Both the position numbers and the translations under genes were made by a program. DNA of 64,000 nucleotides, taken from NCBI GenBank assembly GCA_050331235.1, contig JBHJHA010000036.1, forward strand, positions 1 through 64,000, written 5' to 3'. The notes beneath the pieces are model-generated. The model did no database searches. It saw only the letters and a list, made by a program, of their open reading frames with translations, and was not told the DNA's origin. Positions 9,501-19,298 of this stretch are shown piece by piece; the first letter of the stretch is position 1, and every line of letters begins with the position of its first letter. Origin of the DNA: Leptolyngbyaceae cyanobacterium (GTDB taxonomy: Bacteria; Cyanobacteriota; Cyanobacteriia; Phormidesmidales; Phormidesmidaceae).

Positions 9501-9875
9501 CGTATCGTACTTAGCGTGCAAAGCTTCCAGCGGGGCTTGAGAATCTTTGAACCGCTCAACCTTGTGAGCCTGCTGCATCATGGCAAACAGGAGCCCGCGC
9601 ATGAGCTTGACAACGCTTTGACTCAGCTCATAAGTGCGACCTTGGTTTTCATCAATTTTGCGATAGGCAAGGGCTAGCCCCCAAACGGCCAAAATGCTGT
9701 AAACATTGTCACGTACCCAGGCATCGGTGTAGTCACCGTGGGTAGTCACTGCTGTACTTGCCGGCAATAGCCCACTAACGGGATGTTGGCGAGTCAAGAT
9801 TAGCGCTTTGACCTGACGGTAGTACTCGTTGAGCCGATTCGTCAGTGCAGCAAGGGAAGATGTCGCGGAACCCAT
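6585..9875 (-). CDS. Glycoside hydrolase family 15 / phosphorylase kinase alpha-beta-like protein
   Basis: 1096 aa with AWVRDNVYS, WGHLQIDA, PDYGIWERG, LPRES.SKEVD, FEHIECEWPLF and PLVWAQSL. Confidence 0.92.
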   Translation of the reverse strand: MGSATSSLAALTNRLNEYYRQVKALILTRQHPVSGLLPASTAVTTHGDYTDAWVRDNVYSILAVWGLALAYRKIDENQGRTYELSQSVVKLMRGLLFAMMQQAHKVERFKDSQAPLEALHAKYDTATASTVVEDDEWGHLQIDATSVFLLMLAQMTASGMQIVFTLDEVNFVQNLVYYIGRAYRTPDYGIWERGNKLNHGKPELNASSVGMAKAALEAMDGLNLFGIQGGQAAVVHVLPDEISRARLILESLLPRESGSKEVDAAVLSIIGFPGFAIEDASLVLQTQQKIVDKLQGRYGCKRFLRDGHQTVIEDTTRLHYEPAELQQFEHIECEWPLFFTYLYLDGLFRHDARATRFYRQRLEAIAVTQGSFSLLPELYYVPEGAIAAERETPGSQARVPNDNLPLVWAQSLFLLGQMIDDGVLTPGDIDPLARHSRVGRKHKAIVQIALIAENEALQEKLADYGIATQIAEQVEPIKIYPSAELSAVYAQIGFNAKLGITGRPIRRLRGLTTAQAFRIQGETVVFLPSFLDPQKFYITLDYHFLVAQIRSELSYIHYHWNAVGRPTMTLLLTHEMFELGRRPIHESPLLLLIQELKTGHCGGVPVVLGPLHQLLLTANTERIDDIGVYSLRQQPLRYITRRSAYLSVVPTHSEALDVWHLFQIDRETDSGYLVSLLERSTNLYEQVEVLARLQSLEGFDFDTKVDPERGITIGDLLEEVYVKAGRQELWLIVRRTAGLLNKIDVNLSDAVTELLVRQKYVTVGKSYSDGSLIRDPMPHSEIMEKIIAYCGDNERDRALTQEIIVYLSVLMKSEPELFEGLLTLRIGYLILLLTSEMAREHHVPRDEAYDRLTALSPYEVKMRLRQVLVGYSGLNQAIFQQESLHIKSNAAIKWSVLPEQVEQVDLRVNDWWRKRQIDGELTRLPEEFYLKVWDLLHHCQGLIIGDKLDRRNRIDSASVISEMTPGEANFARRLDHLLTKIHAPEYRHLTVEALRELAAIFQGNPDLQFDDYIALDVLIGHAVRLAWMENRPDRIDDYDAQKSAAWSAFYMRSPKACALYIANALQFLVELAQAEADKAATASVISTASPTMDEST

Positions 9876-10459
9876 GAATTCTGTTGCCCTGCTTGAAATT
9901 GGAAAAATCTGAACCTAGAATAATGGATGGCGTAGTTTTCAGCTAGTAGTGACATAGTGCCGCCTGCAACGATGAAGAGCGGTAATCAAACACACTAGGT
10001 CAACTCCCGGTACCTCAGCGGGGGGGGGAGACGGATGGACATTAAGGTGCTTAGATGCTTTGCGATAATAGCCTCCTAGCAGGGCTCCGCCAAGATGCCC
10101 CAGCTATAGGCAACGCGCAAGACGCTCCCTGGACACATCAGCCAAGTGTAGAATTTCCCAATCGCGACTCAAGTTTTAGGGAACTTGGTTTGTGGAAAAT
10201 TCCATAGGCTGTTCTGTCTGATCAAGATAAAGAGGGTTGAGTTAATCGTTGATTTCGTAAGACATCTTCTGAAGTGATGAGTGATTTACTAGCCATTCAT
10301 CTATCAAATGAATGATGTGATCGCAGGATTAAAATGCTGACTAAGAAATGTCACGAGATGAACACCTGAAATTCGCCTGAACAATCCTGAATTTATCTGT
10401 ATAGCCATCAAATATAATTGATGAGATATTGATTGTATTAATTCAGGGCAGGCAGCATC

Positions 10460-13400
10460 ATGACTAGGGTTTTATCGCTCAATCTGTTAGGGTCTGAAAA
10501 TTCTTTCTTAAGTGAAATTGAAACGACTCTTTGTCATCTCCGCGAAGCTAATCAGCTATTGCTCAAGGAAGCTACCTCATTAGACGAAATTTGCTTGAGC
10601 GAAGACGAGAGCATTTTAGGCCTATCTCAGCACTGCCAGCACTACGGTAATATTCGTCTGAGAGATTACGATGTATTTTTGCTCGCTTTAGATGAAAGCA
10701 ATGCTGATCTGTGGCGCAGTATTGTCGATCGCCTTGACCAATATTCTGAGCTAGATTATCTAGGATTCATTGTCATCTTTGGCTTTTCTAAGGATCTTCA
10801 GATTCACTCTCGAGAAGCGGTGCAAAGAGGGCTTTCTGCCTTTGCTTGTCCGTTCAACCCCTTTGTTTTAGAAGCTCACATCCATGCTACTTTTTGGGCG
10901 ACCAAAAGCGATCAAGCACTCCAGTCTCTCAAGCATGAACTCTGCGAAGCAGAGACCTTAGCCGACATCGCTCAAATCACGTTTCGATGCCTTGATGCTG
11001 ATCCGCGTATTGGTTACGATCGCGCCTGCATTTCCCTAATTGAAGACTCTGGGCAGCGATACCTATTACAACATGATCCTTTTTTGCCAAATCCGGATCG
11101 CATGTTCTTTAAAAACATTCATGACGATGTTCTACTCACTCGGGTCGTCAAAAACCAGGTGGTCATTCTAGAGAATCTGATTGACCTCCGCACTCATCAC
11201 CCTGAGAGGTTGGCCGACATTGGGTGGGAGCAAAACAGCGCTACGAATGACGTCAATTCTTGGTTGGGCTTGTCAATTAAGCTAGGGAAAAAGTGTATTG
11301 GCATTATTACCCTAGATCATCGGACCCCCGGGCATTACCAAAAACACGACGATCGGCTCACCACTTATCTGACGGAACTTTCCCATATCTTAGCTAATGC
11401 GATTTATGATGTTTCGCAACAGCGTAATGAGAGAATTCTCCGAGAAATGTCCTACGAGATTGGCAATATGCTAGACAGTCAATCACTCATTGAGAAGATT
11501 CTTGAAAGGCTATTGCAAGATCTTGATTGCAGCCATTGCTCATACTTTAAAGTTTCATCGTCAATTAATAAGGAAGATGTCTTTTTAGAGGAGTGGTTTA
11601 ATGTAATCAGCCACGAAGACACACCCTTGAAGGTGGCAAGCCGTAAACGTATCTTTAGAAAGTATGAAGGCGTAATTGGCGCAGTTTTTGCTGATAGTCA
11701 AAGCCGCATAGTTCCCCATGCTCTAGAAGATGATGAGTTTCAACCAAGTCCTGGTTTTTCAGGGACCAATTTATCCATCTTAGCAGTGCCTGTTGCGACT
11801 AATAATATCCACAAAACGAGCCAGGGGCGTAAGGTTATCGGAGTGATTGCTTGCTATAAGCGTGAAAAAGACTTTTTTACTATCTACGATAGAGAATTGT
11901 TAGAATCCATCGCGCGATGTGCGGCGACGGTGATTGAGCGCACGATGACCCTTGAGTATCTCAATGACATCAGCAATAAGATGAATGAATTGGCTCTCAA
12001 GCCAGAGAAAACTATTTTACTCAAAAAGATTTGTGAGCATGCACTCAAGATTACTAGTGCCCGTGCCGCTGTTATTCATCGCTTTCAGCGCATGGGGTCG
12101 ACTGAAGATATCAACGAATATGCCTCGACCGGCGAGTATTATTCATTTCCTGAGGAAATTACTCCCGGACTGCCTCGTATGCATGGCGGAGGGACAACGG
12201 AAAAGATGCTTAAGAGCGGCGAAACTGCTGAATTTTCTCGTTTATTTGGTAACGAAGAATGCATCTCTGAAAACCTTAGAAATAAGGGTGTAAAGTACCA
12301 TATCGTTGTTCCGCTAAAGATTAGGAAGGGCACTGCGAAGGAGGAAATTATTGGGGCTTTGTATCTGAATAAATATAATGAACAGCCCTTTTCTGATATT
12401 GAGCGATTTGCGTTGGAGCTATTTGCTAACCAGGCTTCTAATATCTTGTACTACCAAGAGTTTCTTGCGCAAAAGCAGACGTGGGCCAGAGGTAATGCTG
12501 GTTTGGCTAAAGCTATCGAGGGGATTGCTAAAACGGACAACCCGAATCTGCTAATAAAAGATATTGCTCAGTACTCCTGTGCTTTGTCAGGTGCCACTTT
12601 TAGCTATGTCACTTTAAAGAACAGAGAGGGCGATTTAGAGATTAAGGCGACCTACCCAGAATACGTTTACTCGCAATTGGCTGACTTTTTAAAGGGTGAT
12701 TTGCCGAAGATAGAAAGTAAAAAGGGAATTGTGGGTCTGTGTGATGAATCTGCACAAACAATCTTGGTTGAAGATGTTCAGCGAGAGAAATCAGCTAATT
12801 CTAAGCTATGGCAACAGTACATAGAGTTCAATCCTGAAATTCGCTCTGAGCTGGCAGTACCAATCAAGGAAAATACTTCGGGTAAGGTGATTGGCGTAAT
12901 TAATCTTGAGCATAACCAGCCCTATATTTTTGGCGAGGTTCACAAAGAAGTTATTGAGCATTTTGCTAGACAAGTGGCGATCGCGTTTCAAAAGAAACAT
13001 TTAGTCGACTCAGTGAACAGTAAAAACAATATATTGATGGGACTTCAGCGATCGCTGCGCAAAATCATCGAGTCGCCCGCGCAAAATATGCTCGAAAACA
13101 TCGTGGCTTTAACCCGTGAAGCTATTGATGCCGAAAGCGTATTAATTTTTCCTGTTAGCCGTAAACAATGGTCGCCTAGTATTGCAGAAGAAGAAATTGC
13201 GCCTAGTATTCGTTCTCTTTCGAAGTCTGACTTTAAGCAACTCAAGGCAGTTTCCATGAAGGTATACGCCAGTCAGCAGTTGGAACTCTATCAGCCCCCT
13301 GCTGCTGATCCACATAAGTATCACCTCGGCAGCTATTTGTCGGTTCGTCAAAAAGCGAAGGCTTTTTCATTTGGCCTGTGTATTCCATTTTCATCCCGGG

Positions 13401-14008
13401 AGCTCAGAATGGGGGTGATGTGGATTCTATTTCCCCCTGATGGTCGTAGCTTGCCAACAGATGAGGAAAAGGCCATTTATCAGGTTTATGCCGATCAAAT
13501 TGCCCTGGCTTTTCACAATGCTCAAACCTCAAAAGCTCTGCAAGACAAGTTGGAAAAAAATAAGTTTGAGCTTACTAAAAACATTGATAAAAACTATAAC
13601 GACGCGCGTTCCCAGGCCGGGGTTTATTTTGTGCTATCGGTCTTTTCCTCTGTTGTCGGTCTGTTGTTGATTTTCTCGGGATTTTTCAATATGTTTATGA
13701 GCGAAGATTCTGACAATGCGACAACCCAAGCAGCCGAAAACTGGCCTGTACTGGCGGGCGTTTTGTTGCAGGGGGTGACCGTATTTGCCTTTACCCAAGC
13801 GGAGAAGGCTAACACGCGCATGGATAAGTATCACAAGGAACTGTTTGACGTGCGGCAGTTAGAAATTCTACTGTCGGCTACAGATCAACTCGATGATGAG
13901 ACCTCCACCAGCGTGAAGCGAGAGATCGTTAAAACGGCAGCAAATTCTTGGATTCAAGCGGCGAAACAGAGTCAGCCGCAACCGGAAAAGAGTGCGACGG
14001 TTGAGTAG
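10460..14008 (+). CDS. Multi-GAF (five GAF-like repeats) protein with a degenerate N-terminal receiver-like region and a C-terminal 2-TM domain
   Basis: Repeated (L/I)xVP(L/I)...IG(V/A)(I/L) strands and five closing helices: LANAIYD, IARCAATVIER, FANQASNI, FARQVAIA and YADQIALA. Two hydrophobic segments lie near the C-terminus. Confidence 0.8.
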   Translation: MTRVLSLNLLGSENSFLSEIETTLCHLREANQLLLKEATSLDEICLSEDESILGLSQHCQHYGNIRLRDYDVFLLALDESNADLWRSIVDRLDQYSELDYLGFIVIFGFSKDLQIHSREAVQRGLSAFACPFNPFVLEAHIHATFWATKSDQALQSLKHELCEAETLADIAQITFRCLDADPRIGYDRACISLIEDSGQRYLLQHDPFLPNPDRMFFKNIHDDVLLTRVVKNQVVILENLIDLRTHHPERLADIGWEQNSATNDVNSWLGLSIKLGKKCIGIITLDHRTPGHYQKHDDRLTTYLTELSHILANAIYDVSQQRNERILREMSYEIGNMLDSQSLIEKILERLLQDLDCSHCSYFKVSSSINKEDVFLEEWFNVISHEDTPLKVASRKRIFRKYEGVIGAVFADSQSRIVPHALEDDEFQPSPGFSGTNLSILAVPVATNNIHKTSQGRKVIGVIACYKREKDFFTIYDRELLESIARCAATVIERTMTLEYLNDISNKMNELALKPEKTILLKKICEHALKITSARAAVIHRFQRMGSTEDINEYASTGEYYSFPEEITPGLPRMHGGGTTEKMLKSGETAEFSRLFGNEECISENLRNKGVKYHIVVPLKIRKGTAKEEIIGALYLNKYNEQPFSDIERFALELFANQASNILYYQEFLAQKQTWARGNAGLAKAIEGIAKTDNPNLLIKDIAQYSCALSGATFSYVTLKNREGDLEIKATYPEYVYSQLADFLKGDLPKIESKKGIVGLCDESAQTILVEDVQREKSANSKLWQQYIEFNPEIRSELAVPIKENTSGKVIGVINLEHNQPYIFGEVHKEVIEHFARQVAIAFQKKHLVDSVNSKNNILMGLQRSLRKIIESPAQNMLENIVALTREAIDAESVLIFPVSRKQWSPSIAEEEIAPSIRSLSKSDFKQLKAVSMKVYASQQLELYQPPAADPHKYHLGSYLSVRQKAKAFSFGLCIPFSSRELRMGVMWILFPPDGRSLPTDEEKAIYQVYADQIALAFHNAQTSKALQDKLEKNKFELTKNIDKNYNDARSQAGVYFVLSVFSSVVGLLLIFSGFFNMFMSEDSDNATTQAAENWPVLAGVLLQGVTVFAFTQAEKANTRMDKYHKELFDVRQLEILLSATDQLDDETSTSVKREIVKTAANSWIQAAKQSQPQPEKSATVE

Positions 14009-14086
14009 CTCCCGGTCCGGGGGGCCGCGGCGTTGCTTGGCATGCTGCAGCCGGAGACCGTTTGGGAAAGTGGTGGACTGGTGGAC

Positions 14087-15934
14087 TCAGTTCGAGAGTT
14101 GCCATCCGGTGAGTTGCCCGGGGGTGGTGAGTGCTAGGAGGCGATCGCCCTGTTCCGTGTTGGCCGGTAGCCAAACCAACGATTGGAGGGGGCTGCCTAA
14201 GTCAACCGGCGGAGCATAAGCCTCACCGCTGACATGGGGGAGCAGGGCTGGTTGGGGTCGGCTCCAGGTTTGCAACTGTCCATCTTGACTGCCGGAAACT
14301 AGCCACGGTTGATCCGCCGGAGCAAGGAGCGATCGCACGGGTAAGTGAAATCCCTGGGCTCGCACGGTTTGATAGGTTCCCCCTGTCTCGGCCCAGCACC
14401 ACCGTAGAGAGACATCCCAACCGGCGATGGCCAGCGTCGCCTCATCGGGCAACCAGGCTATGGCGCTGATGCGACCGGCCTGCCGGCTCAGGGTCCGCAA
14501 ACCAACACCGGACTGATCCCACAGTTTGACCTGTCCTTGGGTGTCTCCGCTGGCTAGGGTTTGGCTGGCTTGGCTAAGTGCAAAGCAAGTGATTGCGTCA
14601 GCATGGGCCTGCCAAGTTTGGCGATGCTGGCCTGAGCCCCCATCCCAGCGGTGAATTGAGCCAGCGGTGTCAGCAATCCACAGCGATCGCCCAACGCGAT
14701 CAAATTGGAGTTGCGTTGGCTCAGTGGGCAGTGTGCCCCAGGAAGTCGGCTGCCAAGTCGGGGACACCCACCGCCAGCAGACGAGCTGACCTTGACGATT
14801 GACGGTGACCACAGCTGCCCGGTGGGGATGGGGCGCCATAGCGATCACGCCGTTCATCGGGAGTGTGGTGGTTGACGGCGACTCGGCTGAGTTGAGTGAT
14901 TGCGCGACTAGCTGACCGCTCGCTAGCAAGATCAAGAGCTGCTGTATAGCGGGTAGGGACTGCATATCCACGGCCACGGCACCCAATGAGACCATCATCG
15001 TTGCCTGCCAGCGGTGCTGGGGCCGATGACCAATGGGAGATGCCCTAGATACGGGCAGGGATAGACCAATCTGTGTCATGGCGGTGACGACATTAGGCAA
15101 GCGATCGTGAACGGCAGGCTGTACCATTTGGTCGATGAGTGTAGCGAGCGTCGGTGTCACCTCGGGGGCAATGCTGCGCCAGTGCCAACGGCTGTTGACG
15201 CTATCGAACAGGTCAAAGGGTTGCAGACCAGTCAACAAATGCAAACAGACAACCCCCAGGCTGTAGAGGTCGCTGGCATCAGTGGCCATTCCTTGGAGCT
15301 GCTCTGGGGCCGCATACTCAGCGCTGCCGACTAAGGTGCCTGGCTGTGCCGCCAATGTCGCGGTCACCGGCTTAATGGCTCCAAAATCGACTAGGTACCA
15401 ATCATCCTGCCCCGGCGGCTGGCGAAAATTGTCGGGCTTAATGTCCCGGTGAATCAGTCGGTTTTGGTGCAGATGATGCAAAACCGGCAGCACATTTTTC
15501 AGAAAAGTGAGCACTTCTTCGCTGGTCAATGGACCCAGCTTGACCTGGAGCTGTTGATCCAGGTGAGGCCCCACCAGAAACTGCTGCACCAGAAATTGGT
15601 CAGAGCTGCGCTCGTAACAGCCCAACAGTTCAGGAATCTGCGGGTGACGACTGGCGATCGCCAAATGGTCCATTTCGTGCCGCCATCGTTCTGCCGCCTG
15701 GAATCGCGCCCGTGCCGTATTGCCCATCGGGGCAAATTGCTTGATCAAGCATTGCGGATTGGCTAGGGTAGTGCAATCGCGACCGACAAAGGTGCGACTG
15801 TTCAGTCCCGAGCCCAAGGGATAAACGGCCTCAAAGCGATCGCCCAACCGCAGTCGCCAACCACAGCTTTGACAAAAGTGATGGTGATCGGAATTCGCTG
15901 GGCTGGGGCAGTCTCGATTCAGACAGTGGGTCAT
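14087..15934 (-). CDS. Hanks-type Ser/Thr protein kinase with an N-terminal Cys4 zinc ribbon and C-terminal WD40 repeats
   Basis: CLNRDC...FCQSCG, IKQF, HRDIKPDN, LVDFG and YAAPEQ; WD40 repeats such as LASGDTQGQVKLWD. Confidence 0.92.
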   Translation of the reverse strand: MTHCLNRDCPSPANSDHHHFCQSCGWRLRLGDRFEAVYPLGSGLNSRTFVGRDCTTLANPQCLIKQFAPMGNTARARFQAAERWRHEMDHLAIASRHPQIPELLGCYERSSDQFLVQQFLVGPHLDQQLQVKLGPLTSEEVLTFLKNVLPVLHHLHQNRLIHRDIKPDNFRQPPGQDDWYLVDFGAIKPVTATLAAQPGTLVGSAEYAAPEQLQGMATDASDLYSLGVVCLHLLTGLQPFDLFDSVNSRWHWRSIAPEVTPTLATLIDQMVQPAVHDRLPNVVTAMTQIGLSLPVSRASPIGHRPQHRWQATMMVSLGAVAVDMQSLPAIQQLLILLASGQLVAQSLNSAESPSTTTLPMNGVIAMAPHPHRAAVVTVNRQGQLVCWRWVSPTWQPTSWGTLPTEPTQLQFDRVGRSLWIADTAGSIHRWDGGSGQHRQTWQAHADAITCFALSQASQTLASGDTQGQVKLWDQSGVGLRTLSRQAGRISAIAWLPDEATLAIAGWDVSLRWCWAETGGTYQTVRAQGFHLPVRSLLAPADQPWLVSGSQDGQLQTWSRPQPALLPHVSGEAYAPPVDLGSPLQSLVWLPANTEQGDRLLALTTPGQLTGWQLSN

Positions 15935-16941
15935 CTTAGCCGCAAGCGCATGACCACGGGAAGATGATCCGAAGCCTGGCCTGCCGTCGTCAGTACTTCT
16001 ACATTCAAGAGTTCGATCCGGTTAGGATTGTAGAAAATATAGTCCAGCCTGAATTCAGGCTTATCTGCTGGAAAAGTTAGGTGCTCCGGCTCGGTGAACT
16101 GGTCTGGAGGGACGGCTGAGGTAAAGGTCGCAGCTTCGATCAGGGTTTGTATCGTCCGGGGTGTGCCTTCGGCGTCACGATTGAGGGCGCTATTGAAGTC
16201 GCCCAGTAGCAAGACCGGGTATTGCTCAGCGTAAGATTCGGCCAGAGCCAGCACAAATTCCGTCTGAGTTTGACGAGTTGACAGATCGAACGCCTCTAAA
16301 TGCAGATTGATGACGACGACGGTTTGTCCAGCGATATCAACTTGGGCTACTTGAGCCAGGCGATCAAGGTACAGCGCATTGTAAAAAAATGGATTGCTCG
16401 CCACCTGATCAAGAACGAATCGCTCATGCTGGGTAATCGGCCAGCGGCTCAAAATCGACTGTCCTGATAAAATTTGCCCGAACTGCACCGCTGGCGGCCA
16501 AAACGGAAACGGTACGTAGCGCTTGTCCCAGTTGATAGCGATCGCCCGTTGGGGATATTGCAGCGCTGCCCCTAACGCTTCAACTTGGTCAACCTGATAC
16601 GATCGCCGAGAGGCGAGATCAATTTCCTGTAACGCTAAGATATCTGCCTCTAGAGGGGCCAACGCCGCGATCGCGCTTGCTAGGTTGGTTTGGTATAAAT
16701 CAGCCGGTGGCCTCACCGCTTGGTTATTAGTCAGGCCAGACAGGTAGCCGATGTTGTAAGACACCACAACGAGTTCATTGGCTGCCGTCTTGAGGGGATA
16801 CGCGTCAGTTGTCTTGACTTGGGCATACTCTGCCGCTGACAAGCGCCCCGAACTGGCCCAGAAGTAGAAAATAACCAGCGCGATCAAGCCACCACCTAGC
16901 AGCATTAGGAGCACGGTCAATAGTGTTATCAATCCCTTCAT
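15931..16941 (-). CDS. Endonuclease/exonuclease/phosphatase family protein with N-terminal membrane anchor
   Basis: SYNIG, ALQEID, NLHLE, LLGDFNS, LDYIFY and ASDHLPV. ATGA overlap with the kinase gene. Confidence 0.92.
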   Translation of the reverse strand: MKGLITLLTVLLMLLGGGLIALVIFYFWASSGRLSAAEYAQVKTTDAYPLKTAANELVVVSYNIGYLSGLTNNQAVRPPADLYQTNLASAIAALAPLEADILALQEIDLASRRSYQVDQVEALGAALQYPQRAIAINWDKRYVPFPFWPPAVQFGQILSGQSILSRWPITQHERFVLDQVASNPFFYNALYLDRLAQVAQVDIAGQTVVVINLHLEAFDLSTRQTQTEFVLALAESYAEQYPVLLLGDFNSALNRDAEGTPRTIQTLIEAATFTSAVPPDQFTEPEHLTFPADKPEFRLDYIFYNPNRIELLNVEVLTTAGQASDHLPVVMRLRLR

Positions 16942-17047
16942 TGGCAAGCTCTATTCACAATTGCTGCGAAACGGTCCGACCGGCACAATAAAATGCAGTC
17001 CACCAGCTAACGTTGGTATTCTGACACCTTTCCCTATCAGGCTCGTT

Positions 17048-18166
17048 ATGTCGATCAAAAACCTTATTTTTTATGGTCTGCTAGTGTTTATTCCCATCTC
17101 CATCGCCGCACATTTTTTACAGTGGGGGGATTTGTTGGTGTTTATCACCGCTGGCCTGGCCATTGTGCCGCTAGCGGGCTGGATGGGAACGTCAACCGAA
17201 GAAATTGCCGGAGTTTTGGGACCGTCTTGGGGCGGCTTACTAAATGCGACCTTTGGCAACGCTACAGAGCTCATCATTGCCTTAATTGCCCTCAATGAGG
17301 GCTTGGTTGGTGTTGTGAAATCCAGCATCGTGGGCTCGATTATCAGCAATCTGCTGTTGGTGCTGGGGTTCTCCATGCTGCTGGGCGGCATTAAATACAA
17401 GGAGCAAGACTTTCAACCAGTGATCGCTCGGGTCAATGCGTCAGCAATGAACTTAGCGGTGATTGCCATCTTGCTGCCGACTGCGGTGGGCTTCACCACA
17501 GATGTCGTGCCTGAGGTAACCTTGCAAAAGCTCTCTGATGCCGTTGCCATTGTCCTTATCGCCGTTTACGGATTGACGCTGCTGTTTTCGATGAAAACGC
17601 ATACGTATCTTTATGAGGCGAGCGCTGCCAATACTGAGTCCGCTCCAGCGAGCAACTCTGCTCCCGACTCAGAGAGCCAGCCCGAGGCTGAGCACTCCCC
17701 TAATTTGAAGCTTTGGGTTCCAGTGCTGGTAGGGGCGACATTGATCGTCGCGGGAGAATCAGAGTTGCTCGTAAATGCCTTGGAACCAGCGACGGAGGAA
17801 CTCGGTCTGTCGCCGCTGTTTACCGGGGTGATTCTGCTGCCAATTATCGGTAACGCGGCCGAACATGCTACTGCCGTCACCGTCGCCATGAAGGACAAAA
17901 TGGAACTTTCGGTATCAGTGGCAGTGGGATCCAGCCTGCAAATTGCTCTATTTGTCGCTCCGGTGTTGGTGCTAGCGGGGTGGCTATTGGACAAGCCCAT
18001 GGACCTCAGCTTCGACTATTTAGAGTTAGTCGCCGTAATTGTGGCAGTCTTGATTACTAACTCCATTAGTTCTGATGGCCGCTCCAACTGGTTAGAAGGT
18101 ACGCTGCTCTTGGCCACTTACACAATCTTGGGCGCGGCTTTTTATTTTCGTCCGATTGCTGGATAG
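17048..18166 (+). CDS. cax: Calcium/proton exchanger (CaCA family)
   Basis: Alpha repeats GLLNATFGNATELII and PIIGNAAEH, plus GSSLQIALFVAP. The start is set at the ATG at 17048. Confidence 0.95.
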   Translation: MSIKNLIFYGLLVFIPISIAAHFLQWGDLLVFITAGLAIVPLAGWMGTSTEEIAGVLGPSWGGLLNATFGNATELIIALIALNEGLVGVVKSSIVGSIISNLLLVLGFSMLLGGIKYKEQDFQPVIARVNASAMNLAVIAILLPTAVGFTTDVVPEVTLQKLSDAVAIVLIAVYGLTLLFSMKTHTYLYEASAANTESAPASNSAPDSESQPEAEHSPNLKLWVPVLVGATLIVAGESELLVNALEPATEELGLSPLFTGVILLPIIGNAAEHATAVTVAMKDKMELSVSVAVGSSLQIALFVAPVLVLAGWLLDKPMDLSFDYLELVAVIVAVLITNSISSDGRSNWLEGTLLLATYTILGAAFYFRPIAG

Positions 18167-18243
18167 TGGCTGCCGTCTATGATCCCTTAGCTCCTAGCCT
18201 AATTCACTGCCCTTGCTGATTTGCGACGCTGGTCAACATATCA

Positions 18244-18495
18244 ATGTCTATTATTGTCACTGTCAAACTCTTTGCGGCCTACCAAGACGCCTACGGCCAA
18301 GCTGAATTGACTTTGGAACTGCCGGCAGGGGCAACCGTTGGCACTGTCCGCGATCGCCTGTTGGCCGAACATGCTGAACTTGAACCATGGCGTGACCTGA
18401 CACGCTTTGGCGTCAACTTTCAATTTGTCGAGGCGGACGCTCCCCTGCAAGCCGGCGATGAGGTGGTGCTGATCCCGCCCGTGAGTGGAGGCTGA
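18244..18495 (+). CDS. moaD: Molybdopterin synthase sulfur carrier subunit
   Basis: VKLFA, GDEVVLIPPVSGG with the C-terminal GG. Confidence 0.92.
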   Translation: MSIIVTVKLFAAYQDAYGQAELTLELPAGATVGTVRDRLLAEHAELEPWRDLTRFGVNFQFVEADAPLQAGDEVVLIPPVSGG

Positions 18496-18620
18496 CATTG
18501 CGTGCGAGCCGAGGGAGACATCTCAACGTGTCAGATGCCCGCCCCTACTAGCGAAACGAGCTTGGTTTTGTTCATGTGTCCCGAGTCCGTCCGTGGCGAG
18601 GGTTGACTTGCCCCCCAATC

Positions 18621-19268
18621 ATGAAACGACAAACGGTATTTAAGGTTCTCCTATATATCCTCGTTATGACGCTCATTGCGGTGGCGATCGCTCTAATTCA
18701 GCGATTTGGCGTCGCCCAATTGCGATCGCAGGTCGAGCAGTGGGGGGTCTGGGCACCTGTCGGCATCTTCTTGCTTCGGTTCACCAGCGTCGTGATCCCC
18801 GCGTTACCGGGCACCGCCTATGCGATTCTCGCTGGGGGACTGTTAGGGTTTGGCCAAGGCATTGCCGTGATTTGCTTCGCCGATCTGTGTTCCTGTGCCC
18901 TCAGTTTTTGGCTATCGCGTCAGTATGGCCGTCACTTGGTGCAGCACCTGGTTGGGCAAGCTTTTATGCACCGCATTGATAACTTCAGCAAACGTCACCT
19001 AGAGCGCAATTTCTTCCTCATGACCGGTTGCCTGATGACCGGTTTCTTTGACTTTGTCTGTTATGGCTTGGGGCTCACAAAGGCCCGTTGGCTCAAGTTC
19101 GCGCCCGCTTTGGTCATTAGCATTGCCCTTTCAAACCCGCCCTTTGTGGCACTGGGGGCCGGCATTTTAGAAGGCGGGGCACGCCTGGTGATCTTTGCCC
19201 TATTGGGTGTCTTTGGACTAGCGATCGTGACTTACTTCGTTCGGCGCGAAGGACAACCAACCGCTTGA
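18621..19268 (+). CDS. TVP38/TMEM64 (VTT/DedA-like) membrane protein
   Basis: VVIPALPG..Y..LAGGLLG, FWLSRQYGR and DFVCYGLGLT. Confidence 0.85.
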   Translation: MKRQTVFKVLLYILVMTLIAVAIALIQRFGVAQLRSQVEQWGVWAPVGIFLLRFTSVVIPALPGTAYAILAGGLLGFGQGIAVICFADLCSCALSFWLSRQYGRHLVQHLVGQAFMHRIDNFSKRHLERNFFLMTGCLMTGFFDFVCYGLGLTKARWLKFAPALVISIALSNPPFVALGAGILEGGARLVIFALLGVFGLAIVTYFVRREGQPTA

Positions 19269-19298
19269 GCGGCCATCGATGGACTAGTCTTAGATGCG

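Noticed and set aside
10020..10028. Intergenic poly-G run as a phase-variation switch
   Set aside because: It is not in a coding region or an identifiable promoter spacer, and nothing else supports it.
10460..14008. Phytochrome/cyanobacteriochrome or histidine kinase
   Set aside because: No recognisable bilin-binding motifs (DIP/PASDIP, DxCF, CH) and no H-box or ATPase G-boxes.
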